The translations under genes and the position numbers were made by a program. Below are positions 1 to 8,037 of a stretch of DNA of 64,000 bases, in pieces. The stretch's first letter is position 1; each line of letters starts with the position of its first letter. The notes under the pieces were generated by a model that saw nothing but the letters and a program-made list of their open reading frames with translations, had not been told where the DNA came from and ran no database searches. Source of the stretch: Candidatus Aldehydirespiratoraceae bacterium (GTDB lineage: Bacteria; Actinomycetota; Acidimicrobiia; Acidimicrobiales; Aldehydirespiratoraceae); NCBI GenBank assembly GCA_965221585.1, contig OZ244898.1, positions 2,105,420 through 2,169,419 of the forward strand. The letters are read 5' to 3'.

Positions 1-126
1 CATCGGCATCGGGCGAGCCCTCTCGATCAGGTCGATGGCGGCTCTGAGGATCTCCTCAGACTCGAGGGGCCGATATGGGGGCGGCGCGGACTCGCCAGGC
101 TGGTCTGGAGTGTTCTGGTCGGTCAT
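1..126 (-). CDS. 5' end of an unidentified CDS that runs off the window
   Basis: ATG at 126-124 overlaps the coaD stop (TGA 125-123) in an ATGA junction. The open frame MTDQNTPDQPGESAPPPYRPLESEEILRAAIDLIERARPMPM continues to position 1. No family recognised. Confidence 0.3.
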   Translation of the reverse strand, partial: MTDQNTPDQPGESAPPPYRPLESEEILRAAIDLIERARPMPM

Positions 127-596
127 CCGAATCGCTCTCTCAATCGCCGGGCCACGCTGGCCGGCACCATCTTAGATATGTCCCCGCCGAACCTGGTGAA
201 GTCCCGGATGAACTTCGATGCCAGGAATGAACTGCTCGACGCGGAGGGGATGAAGAGTGTGTGGATACCGGACGCGGCGTTGTTCATCTGCGCCATCTGC
301 AGTTCGTTCTCAAAGTCGGAAACAGCCCGCAGGCCCTTGAGGATGAAGTCGGCCTCGAGTTCGGCCGCGAGGTCTACGACGAGTCCCCCGAACATCCGCA
401 CAGTCACGTTGGGCAGGTGTTCGGTCGCCTCTCGCAGCATCGCCTCGCGTTCGTCGAGATCGAAGACGCCGTCCTTGGTGGTGTTGACCATGGTCGCCAC
501 CACGACCTCATCGAACAGCTTCGCAGCAGTTTCGATGATCTCAAGGTGTCCGTTGTGGACGGGATCAAACGAACCGGGGTAAAGGACACGGGTCAC
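123..596 (-). CDS. coaD: phosphopantetheine adenylyltransferase
   Basis: N-terminal YPGSFDPVHNGHLEII nucleotidyltransferase motif; about 158 aa from GTG 596-594. The ORF-track 5' extension to 680 overlaps rsmD and is discounted. GTGA overlap with the rsmD stop. Confidence 0.9.
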   Translation of the reverse strand: MTRVLYPGSFDPVHNGHLEIIETAAKLFDEVVVATMVNTTKDGVFDLDEREAMLREATEHLPNVTVRMFGGLVVDLAAELEADFILKGLRAVSDFENELQMAQMNNAASGIHTLFIPSASSSSFLASKFIRDFTRFGGDISKMVPASVARRLRERFG

Positions 597-1132
597 GAGA
601 CTTGGTTCTCCGTAGCGGCGCGGGCAGAGGCGAGTGTCACCACGGTACCTCCGTATCGGCGGACCCGATGGGTATCCCACGATTTGGGGAGTTCGACCTC
701 ACGGTCGGATTCAATGGCCACGACCGAGTCTCTGACCTCGCCGAGCAGCTCCGGCCAGCGGTCGAACGAGTACGGCGGGTCCAACAACAGCAGGTCGTAG
801 GGTTCGGCGCGGGCCAGGAAGCTCGTTGCGTCGGCGGGCAGCACAGTCGCCCGGTCCCCCAACCCCAAAGACTCGAGGTTCTCCCGCAGGACAGCCAGCG
901 CAAGCCTGTCGTTCTCGACGAAGACCGCTCGGGCCGCTCCTCGCGACAGCGCTTCGATTCCCAGGGCGCCCGATCCCGCGAACAGGTCGAGCACCACCGA
1001 GTCGGCAATTGCGCCCAGCGAGTAGAGGGAGTTGAACATCGCCTCACGTACCCGGTCCGCGGTGGGACGGAGGCTCTCAGACTCGCCGGCGTTGATTCGT
1101 CGCCCTCCCAACGATCCGGCCACTACACGCAT
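593..1132 (-). CDS. rsmD: 16S rRNA (guanine966-N2)-methyltransferase RsmD-type
   Basis: DLFAGSGALGIEALSRGA SAM-binding motif and LLLLDPPY motif. ATG at 1132-1130. The longer ORF (to 1495) would overlap recG and has no family support. Confidence 0.85.
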   Translation of the reverse strand: MRVVAGSLGGRRINAGESESLRPTADRVREAMFNSLYSLGAIADSVVLDLFAGSGALGIEALSRGAARAVFVENDRLALAVLRENLESLGLGDRATVLPADATSFLARAEPYDLLLLDPPYSFDRWPELLGEVRDSVVAIESDREVELPKSWDTHRVRRYGGTVVTLASARAATENQVS

Positions 1133-1168
1133 GTGTACCAGTCTGGCCCGCTCAGATACGGTCGGGGC

Positions 1169-1363
1169 ATGTCGGCACCGGAAACAGCCGTACCCGAAAC
1201 GATCGTCTGCGTCGACTGCGGCGGTACGTGCCATCGCATCTCCTATGCTCCCGAAGAGGGTTTCGAGCCCGGAGACATCGTCGCCTATCGATGCTCCGAC
1301 TGTGACGACCGTTGGGACATCGAGTTGGCGCTGGACGATCTTGAACCGCCCGAGGGGGCCTAG
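1169..1363 (+). CDS. small zinc-ribbon protein (64 aa), hypothetical
   Basis: MSAPETAVPETIVCVDCGGTCHRISYAPEEGFEPGDIVAYRCSDCDDRWDIELALDDLEPPEGA has two CxxC pairs (CVDC...CSDC). G/C-rich third codon positions. It fills the otherwise empty gap between the rsmD start and the recG stop, and its stop overlaps the recG stop convergently by 4 nt. Confidence 0.5.
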   Translation: MSAPETAVPETIVCVDCGGTCHRISYAPEEGFEPGDIVAYRCSDCDDRWDIELALDDLEPPEGA

Positions 1364-3498
1364 CTCTTCATCAGGAACTCGGCTTCGTCGTCGCCGAGCA
1401 TGAAGTCGACTTCTTCTTTGAGTTCGGGATGGTCCGCCAGGTCCGGGTCTTGGTTCACGAGCTCGATGGCTGATGTCCGCGCAAGTTCCACCCATTCCTT
1501 GTCTCGCCGCAACGAGGCCAGGCGGAGGTCGTTGCGGCCCTTCTGACGCTCCCCCATTATCGTTCCCTCGCCTCGGATCTCCAGGTCGATCTCTGCCAGT
1601 TCGAATCCATCCGTGCTCGCTACCAGGGCTTCGATGCGGGCCTTTCCGGCGCTGGTGGTCGGTGCGCCCAGCAGATAGCAGAGTCCCTGGTGTTGTCCAC
1701 GGCCTACGCGGCCACGGAGCTGATGCAATTGCGCTATCCCGAAACGGCCGGCGTCGAGCACAACCATCACGGTGGCGTTGGGAACGTCGACACCCACTTC
1801 AATCACGGTCGTGGAGACCAGCACGTCAAGCGATCCGTTTCGAAAGCGGGCCATGGTCGCTTCCTTTTCGGCTGGAGACACCCTCCCGTGCAACAAGCCC
1901 ACCCGCATACCCGACAGCTCTCCGGCTTGCAGCTCCATGAAGGTGTCTTCGGCGCTGCGCACCTCGAGAACCGCTGACTCCTCAATCAGAGGACAGACAA
2001 CGTAAGCCTGGCGGCCCTCCGACACTTCATCGCGCACCGTTTGCCAGACCTGGCCTTCCTCTATGGGGCCTTGTGCTGCTTGAGTGATGATCGGGCTTCG
2101 GCCCGGCGGCATCTCGTCGAGCACGCTGACATCGAGGTCGCCGTAGACGGTCATCGCCGCGGTGCGCGGGATCGGCGTCGCGGTCATCACCAGAACGTCG
2201 GGCACGCTCATCGACTCGCCCTTGTCCCGTAGCGCGGCGCGCTGTTCAACGCCGAACCGATGCTGTTCATCAATGACCACCAAACCCAGCGACTGGTACT
2301 GCACGGCCGTCTGAATGAGGGCGTGGGTTCCGATGACGATGTCGACTCTGCCGCCGGCCAACTCCGCCAGGACCTTGCGACGCTCCGACGCTCCGGCGCT
2401 GCCGGTCAACAGTTCGACCCGCAGCGGGCGGTCACCCATCAGCGAGGTCGGATCCGGTACCGACAGATCACCCAGCATGTCGCTTACAGCCAGATAGTGC
2501 TGTTCGGCGAGCACCTCCGTGGGAGCCATCAAGGCACCCTGGTAACCGCCCTGGACCGCGGTCAGCAACGCGGTCACCGCAACCAGCGTCTTGCCCGAAC
2601 CAACGTCTCCCTGAAGCAGCCGATGCATCGGATAGTCAACAGCCAGGTCACGGGCGATCTCATCGTTGACACGCTGTTGCGCCTGGGTCAGCGCGAAGGG
2701 CAGACGCGCGTGGAAACGATCGACGAGCTCTCCCGACGTATCGTGGCTGACGCCGGACGTTCGCAGCTCGATGCTCATCTTTCGGCGGACCAACTCAAGC
2801 TGAACCCGGAACAGCTCGTCGAACACGAGCCGGCGGCGAGCCTCTTGCATTTCCTCCATGGTGCTCGGGTGGTGGATGCCGCGAATCGCGGCTTCTCGGT
2901 CCACGAAGTCGAAGCGGTCGAGCACCGCGGCGGGGACCGGATCGCCAAACCCGCGGGGTCGGCTCCGCTTGAGAGCCTCCTCGACGAGTTGGGCCAGCTT
3001 GTAGGTCGTCAACCCGGCCTTCTCGGACTGGGGGTAGACAGGGATTATCCGGCCGGTCTGGGTGCCGAGAAGATCAACCACCGGCGAGGTCATCTGGGAT
3101 GTCCCGCGGTACCGCTCGAACTTGCCGTGCACCAATACTTCCATGCCCTCGCTGAGCTGTTTGGCGCGCCATTGCTGGTTGAAGAACACCAGGGTGAGCT
3201 TTCCGGTGCCGTCACCGATCACGATCTGGGTCAACGTTCGACGGCCTCGAAGCTTGCGACTGTAGGAACTGCGCACGGTACCGAGCACTGTGGCCTCGTC
3301 GCCGGGGACCAGTTCGCCGATCTGGGCCTGTCTGGTGCGGTCCAAGTATCGGCGCGGGTAGTGCTGCAACAGGTCGAGGACCGTCGAGATCTCCAGGGCA
3401 AGTAGTCCGTTCGCGGTTCGTTCGCCGACTCCGGCCAACTGTGTGACCTTGAGGCCGCCGAGATCCTGCAGGGTCAGCGGGGGGTCACCGGCCGGCAT
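1360..3498 (-). CDS. recG: ATP-dependent DNA helicase RecG
   Basis: 712 aa. Walker A GDVGSGKT, DEQHRFG box, N-terminal wedge/OB region, typical RecG length and C-terminus. Confidence 0.95.
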   Translation of the reverse strand: MPAGDPPLTLQDLGGLKVTQLAGVGERTANGLLALEISTVLDLLQHYPRRYLDRTRQAQIGELVPGDEATVLGTVRSSYSRKLRGRRTLTQIVIGDGTGKLTLVFFNQQWRAKQLSEGMEVLVHGKFERYRGTSQMTSPVVDLLGTQTGRIIPVYPQSEKAGLTTYKLAQLVEEALKRSRPRGFGDPVPAAVLDRFDFVDREAAIRGIHHPSTMEEMQEARRRLVFDELFRVQLELVRRKMSIELRTSGVSHDTSGELVDRFHARLPFALTQAQQRVNDEIARDLAVDYPMHRLLQGDVGSGKTLVAVTALLTAVQGGYQGALMAPTEVLAEQHYLAVSDMLGDLSVPDPTSLMGDRPLRVELLTGSAGASERRKVLAELAGGRVDIVIGTHALIQTAVQYQSLGLVVIDEQHRFGVEQRAALRDKGESMSVPDVLVMTATPIPRTAAMTVYGDLDVSVLDEMPPGRSPIITQAAQGPIEEGQVWQTVRDEVSEGRQAYVVCPLIEESAVLEVRSAEDTFMELQAGELSGMRVGLLHGRVSPAEKEATMARFRNGSLDVLVSTTVIEVGVDVPNATVMVVLDAGRFGIAQLHQLRGRVGRGQHQGLCYLLGAPTTSAGKARIEALVASTDGFELAEIDLEIRGEGTIMGERQKGRNDLRLASLRRDKEWVELARTSAIELVNQDPDLADHPELKEEVDFMLGDDEAEFLMKS

Positions 3499-3504
3499 CC
3501 GCGT

Positions 3505-5178
3505 CTACTCCAAACCGAAATAGTAGGGGTAGAGCGGTTGGCCTCCGTGGTGGACCTCCACCTCCACATCAGCGCGGTTCCGGGTAATCCAGGACTCGAT
3601 GTTCGCGGTCGTGTAGTTGTCGGCGTCCTCACCGGTGATCACGGTCAACAACTCGTGGTCCTCGTCGACTATCGCTTCGAGCAGCCCGGTGGCCGCGGCA
3701 AGCATCGACGATCCCACGGTCACGATTCCAGCTTTGCAGATGCCCAGCCAGTCGCCGGTCGCGATCGGTCCCGCGTCGCTCACAGCGTCGCGGACTGCCT
3801 TGGTCACCTCGCCGGTCACGACACCGCTGAACGCCTCGGTCATGGCAGTGGCGTTGACAGACGCAGCTGACTGAGGGTCGTACGCCATCAGCGAGGCCAG
3901 TGCTTCGGTCACGCTCTTGGTTGCAACGACTCGCACGGTGCGGTCAGTCTGTTCCTCCACCTGTTGCGCCACCGGGATGATGTTCTTGTTGTTGGGGAGA
4001 ATGATCACCTCAGGGGCCGACACCGACTCCACCGCAGCCACCAATTCCGCCGTCGACGGGTTCATGGACTGGCCGCCGGCGACGACGGCCTGAACTCCCA
4101 TCGACTTCAGGATGGCGACCACACCGGTGCCGGCGCCGACGGCGACAACCGCGGTGGGAACTGTCGGCGCGGGAGCCATGCCACCGTCGCCTGGTGTTGA
4201 GCCGCTGTCGAGGGCAGCTGCGACCCAGTCGCGTTCTTCGAGTTCTGCGAGTTCATCGAGCAGATCCGTGACCCTGATGTTGTGGGGCCGCCCGATCGCA
4301 ATGCCGCATTCGATGGCCGCACCGATGTCGTCACAATGGATGTGGCAGTTGTAGATACCCCCGTCTCCGACGACGACTATCGAGTCGCCAACCTCAGCCC
4401 ACGCCTCCTTGAAACCCGCGACCTCCTCATCGGGCGCATCGAGCAGGAACATAACCTCGTAGCGGAGATCGGCAATCGACGGTCCGCCCTCGGTCCGTGT
4501 GGCGACTCCCAGCGAACGGCGGTGCGGAGCAGGGGCGGCAGTCAGGGCCGCTTCTGGCATGGGCCGGCCGTCGACAACATGAAGAGCAGCCTCGTAAAGC
4601 AGCACCAGACCGGCCCCGCCGGCGTCCACGACACCGGCATCGGCCAGGACCGACAACAATGTCGGAGTTCGCTCGAGGGACTCGGCCGCCTCGTCACGGG
4701 CCGCCTCCAGGACTCCGCAGAGGCTCGTCCCCTGAGTCGCAGCATCGGTCGCCGCCTTCGCGGACTCCCTGATCACCGTGAGAATCGTTCCTTCAACCGG
4801 ATTTCCGACCGCCGAGTAGGCGCCCTTTGCAGCCGCCGTCAACGCGGTTGCGAACAGCGGACCGTCGATGGCAGCCTGTTCGGCCACCGTCCCGGAGAAC
4901 CCGCGCAGGATCTGCGACAGGATGACCCCGCTGTTGCCCCTCGCTCCCATCAGAGATCCATGGGCGATGCCGGCGCACACCGCGGCCATATCGTCACCCT
5001 TGCCGTCGAGTTCTTCAACAACGGACCTCAGAGTCAGCGACATGTTGGTTCCCGTGTCGCCGTCCGGCACCGGATAGACGTTGAGGTTGTTGATCACCTC
5101 TCTGTGATCCGTCAATGCTTCACGAAAAACCACGACAATGCGTCGAAGGGCGGCTGCATCAATTGAGTCGAGCGTCAC
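3505..5178 (-). CDS. DAK2 domain-containing protein (YloV-like)
   Basis: LNVYPVPDGDTGTNM DAK2 motif near the N-terminus plus a long YloV-type C-terminal domain. Start set at GTG 5178-5176 (VTLDSIDAAALRR); the ORF-track extension to 5370 overlaps a better-supported opposite-strand gene. Confidence 0.8.
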   Translation of the reverse strand: MTLDSIDAAALRRIVVVFREALTDHREVINNLNVYPVPDGDTGTNMSLTLRSVVEELDGKGDDMAAVCAGIAHGSLMGARGNSGVILSQILRGFSGTVAEQAAIDGPLFATALTAAAKGAYSAVGNPVEGTILTVIRESAKAATDAATQGTSLCGVLEAARDEAAESLERTPTLLSVLADAGVVDAGGAGLVLLYEAALHVVDGRPMPEAALTAAPAPHRRSLGVATRTEGGPSIADLRYEVMFLLDAPDEEVAGFKEAWAEVGDSIVVVGDGGIYNCHIHCDDIGAAIECGIAIGRPHNIRVTDLLDELAELEERDWVAAALDSGSTPGDGGMAPAPTVPTAVVAVGAGTGVVAILKSMGVQAVVAGGQSMNPSTAELVAAVESVSAPEVIILPNNKNIIPVAQQVEEQTDRTVRVVATKSVTEALASLMAYDPQSAASVNATAMTEAFSGVVTGEVTKAVRDAVSDAGPIATGDWLGICKAGIVTVGSSMLAAATGLLEAIVDEDHELLTVITGEDADNYTTANIESWITRNRADVEVEVHHGGQPLYPYYFGLE

Positions 5179-5241
5179 GGCGATCGATGGTACTTCCCGC
5201 AAGTAGTTCGCGCGAACCTGCAGGCGGTACGCTCTGCTGCC

Positions 5242-5463
5242 ATGCAGGGAGTCATCAAGAATTTCGACCCGGGCACCGGCGACGGCGTGTTGATCAACGA
5301 GGCCGACCTCAATGAGGTCGATCTGGCAGACAACGCTCTTGATGGCTCGGTCTTCCGCATGCTGCGTCAAGGCCAGCGGGTGCAGTTCGATCTGGACGAG
5401 TCCGGCAGGGCAACGGCTCTGCGCCTCGGTTCAGAGGTCGACATGTCCACCCCGGAGCTCTGA
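5242..5463 (+). CDS. small hypothetical protein (73 aa), possible OB/cold-shock-like fold
   Basis: MQGVIKNFDPGTGDGVLINEADL resembles the first strands of CSD-like barrels. Strong G/C third-position bias. TACGCT (TANNNT) lies 8 nt upstream of the ATG, suggesting a leaderless mRNA. Confidence 0.5.
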   Translation: MQGVIKNFDPGTGDGVLINEADLNEVDLADNALDGSVFRMLRQGQRVQFDLDESGRATALRLGSEVDMSTPEL

Positions 5464-5466
5464 GCA

Positions 5467-5520
5467 GCGCTCAGACGAGCACTCCTCGGACGAGCGCCAA
5501 GCCGGCGTCGGGACCGCCGG
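5467..5520. terminator. two GC-rich hairpins between convergent genes (candidate bidirectional terminator, no U-tract)
   Basis: GCGCTC...GAGCGC (5467-5497, with inner CGAG/CTCG pairing) and CCGGCG-tcgggac-CGCCGG (5502-5520). They lie between the stop of the 73-aa gene (5463) and the pckA stop (5532). Confidence 0.3.
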
Positions 5521-5531
5521 ACGAAGCGGAC

Positions 5532-7196
5532 CTACATCATCTCGGCTATACCAAGCTCGGCGTAACGCTGCTCCTGGTAGTTGGCCCGAAACATGTCACG
5601 CAGCTTCAAGGCCGCTTCGTCGTACGCTTCGGGGTCGTCCCAGGTGTCACGAGGATTGAGCAACTTGTCGTCGACACCTTCGCACTCTGTCGGGGTCTTC
5701 AGCCCGAGGATCGGATGGACTGCAAGCTCAGCATCGTCGAACTCGCCTCCCAGCGCAGCGTTGAGCAGTCGACGGGTGAGGGCCAGCGACATCCGCCGAC
5801 CGGTGCCGTAGGGGCCACCACTCCAACCGGTGTTCAGCAGAATGCAGCGGGAGTCGTGTTCGCCCATGCGTTGTGACAGCAGATCCGCATAGACGGCCGG
5901 CTTCTGAGACATGAACGCGGCACCGAAGCACCCTGAGAACGAGGGAACCGGTTCCGTGACCCCCAATTCGGTCCCCGCCAGTTTCGACGTGAAGCCCATG
6001 ACGAAGTGGTACATCGCCTCGCTCGGGTCGAGGATGCAGACCGGCGGTAGGACTCCGAAGGCGTCAGCGGTGAGCAGGACGATCGATTCGGGGTGGGGTC
6101 CCGACGCTGTAGGGGCGACGTTGGGGTTGGCACTCAGTGGATAGGCGAACCGGGTGTTCTCGGTAATCGAAGCGTCGGTGAGGTCCAGTTCCTGTGGATC
6201 GGTGTCGGCGAGCGGCCTGCCGTCGATCTGCGGCACATTCTCGATCAGGGTGCCCTTCATTGACAGCGCCGCAGCAATGACCGGTTCCGCCTCCTTGTCC
6301 AGGTCGATCAGCTTGGCGTAGCAGCCGTGTTCCAGGTTGGAGATGCCGCGGTCGGTCCAGACGTGCTCGTCGTCACCGATCAGCTGACGATCGGGATCGG
6401 CCGACAATGTGGTCTTGCCCGTGCCCGAGAGGCCGAATAGCAGCGCGGTGTCTCCAGCGGCGCCCACATTGGCCGAGGAGTGCATCGAGAGCTGACCCTT
6501 GGCCGGAAGCACGAAGTTCATGATCGTGAACATGGCTTTCTTGTTGATCCCGCAATAGTCGGCGGGGCCGAGAACCAGTGCGATCTCACGTTCGATATCG
6601 ATGATCACCGCCAGTTCGCTGCGAGTTCCGTCACGCTGCGGGTCGCAGCTGAACGACGGAACGTTGAGCACCGTCCAGCCATGCTCTGCACGGTCGCCGT
6701 CGTCACGTACATGGTGGGGCAGCATGATGTTGCAGAAGTAAGCGTGGGTGGCGTACTCCCCCACGAACCGGCAGGGTTCGCTGAACTGGATGTCCGAGCC
6801 GCAGAACAGGTCCGCCACGTAGAGGTGTCGGCCCCTGGTGTTGAGATGTTCGACGACGCGCGGCAGCAGGGAATCGAAGGCTTCCGGGTCGAACTTGGCA
6901 AAGCCCTTCTTCCACCAGATCCGTTCGGACACGCTCTCGCGGTTCACGCAGAATGTGTCGTCCACGGGACGGCCGGTGCAGGCGGGATCCGTGTAGAAGA
7001 CCAGCGGGCCGTCCACCCCGAGTGCGGTCGCAAACGCCTTCTGCGCATCGCTGGGACCGTCGAATGAGACCCTTCCACGGTCATTGACGATGGCTTCGCG
7101 GAACAACTCGTCCTGCGAGAGCCCGAAACGAAGTTCCAGACCGGACAGCCCCAAGGTTCGTTGAAGTTGGATGGCTGCTTCTTCCGCAGTGCTCAC
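5532..7196 (-). CDS. pckA: phosphoenolpyruvate carboxykinase (ATP-dependent type)
   Basis: 554 aa. LLFGLSGTGKTTLSADP kinase-1a motif of ATP-PEPCK. GTG start preceded by AGGAGG about 8 nt upstream. Confidence 0.9.
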   Translation of the reverse strand: MSTAEEAAIQLQRTLGLSGLELRFGLSQDELFREAIVNDRGRVSFDGPSDAQKAFATALGVDGPLVFYTDPACTGRPVDDTFCVNRESVSERIWWKKGFAKFDPEAFDSLLPRVVEHLNTRGRHLYVADLFCGSDIQFSEPCRFVGEYATHAYFCNIMLPHHVRDDGDRAEHGWTVLNVPSFSCDPQRDGTRSELAVIIDIEREIALVLGPADYCGINKKAMFTIMNFVLPAKGQLSMHSSANVGAAGDTALLFGLSGTGKTTLSADPDRQLIGDDEHVWTDRGISNLEHGCYAKLIDLDKEAEPVIAAALSMKGTLIENVPQIDGRPLADTDPQELDLTDASITENTRFAYPLSANPNVAPTASGPHPESIVLLTADAFGVLPPVCILDPSEAMYHFVMGFTSKLAGTELGVTEPVPSFSGCFGAAFMSQKPAVYADLLSQRMGEHDSRCILLNTGWSGGPYGTGRRMSLALTRRLLNAALGGEFDDAELAVHPILGLKTPTECEGVDDKLLNPRDTWDDPEAYDEAALKLRDMFRANYQEQRYAELGIAEMM

Positions 7197-7274
7197 TGGG
7201 GACTCCTCCTGAGTGGGCCCGGCCGCAACCGAGTAAGACAGTTGAGCAGGCCGGATCCAGCGGTTACCCTAACT

Positions 7275-7388
7275 AATCGCTGGACACCGAAAGAAGTCGA
7301 GCCGACATCGTTCAGCGATTGGAACTATCGGCAGAATTGATATTCGACCAGCCGGCGGTTTCGTCAGCGAACCCGGTGCGAAACCGCC
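7275..7388 (+). promoter_or_regulatory. structured leader/intergenic element: two strong stem-loops upstream of the RAM-domain gene
   Basis: AATCGCTG (7275-7282) pairs with CAGCGATT (7313-7320). GGCGGTTTCG (7354-7363) pairs with CGAAACCGCC (7379-7388), giving a 10-bp perfect stem with a 15-nt loop. GCGAA(A)CC is repeated three times across 7367-7400. Confidence 0.4.
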
Positions 7389-7416
7389 TGGCGAAACCCC
7401 AAAATAGGAGACCTGA

Positions 7417-7653
7417 ATGCCTGTAAGCGCCTACATCTTGATCCAAGCCAGCGTTGGCAACGCTGTCGACGTGGCCCATGCCACCGCGGAACTCGACGAG
7501 ATCGTCTCGGCCGAGGTCGCAATGGGTCCCTATGACGTGATCGCGCGCGCCGAGACATCGTCGATGGACGATCTCGGCCAGATCGTTGTTCATGCAGTTC
7601 AAGGAATCGCCGGGGTGGAGCGCACGCTTCTGTGCCCCATTGTCAACGTCTGA
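7417..7653 (+). CDS. stand-alone Lrp/AsnC ligand-binding (RAM) domain protein, 78 aa
   Basis: Beta-alpha-beta-beta-alpha-beta-like pattern (YILIQASVGNAVDVA...VIARAETSSMDDLGQIV...IAGVERT) typical of AsnC-type C-terminal domains. AGGAGA SD 6 nt upstream of the ATG. Confidence 0.7.
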   Translation: MPVSAYILIQASVGNAVDVAHATAELDEIVSAEVAMGPYDVIARAETSSMDDLGQIVVHAVQGIAGVERTLLCPIVNV

Positions 7654-7677
7654 TCGAACCGCAGGCCGTGCCGACGG

Positions 7678-8031
7678 TCAGACCAGAAGGATCGCTCGAA
7701 TCCCGAGACCCATCAACCACAGGCTTCCCAGGCCGTACAGCAGGTACGGCCTGTCTCGCATCTCGTTGCGGTAGGCAAAGATAATCCCGACCGAAGCGAA
7801 CGCTGCGAATCCGTACAGTTCGTGCTGCCCACCGATGCCGTCGCGTTCCAGTTGGATCACAACGCCGGTCAGGGCCTGGGCAACGACGATCATCTGCGCA
7901 ACACCGACGGCTATCCACCCCAGTCGGCCGCGCAACCGTGCCCAACGATGGGCCAGCAGCGCCCATATCCCAACGGCCCCATTGGCTGCGATGACCAGCC
8001 AACCGCCGATCTCGTGCAGGTCGTGGATCAC
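7678..8031 (-). CDS. hypothetical integral membrane protein (about 4 TM)
   Basis: Hydrophobic segments throughout. GTG start 6 nt downstream of the upstream CoA-transferase stop (operonic). Confidence 0.5.
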   Translation of the reverse strand: MIHDLHEIGGWLVIAANGAVGIWALLAHRWARLRGRLGWIAVGVAQMIVVAQALTGVVIQLERDGIGGQHELYGFAAFASVGIIFAYRNEMRDRPYLLYGLGSLWLMGLGIRAILLV

Positions 8032-8037
8032 GACGAT

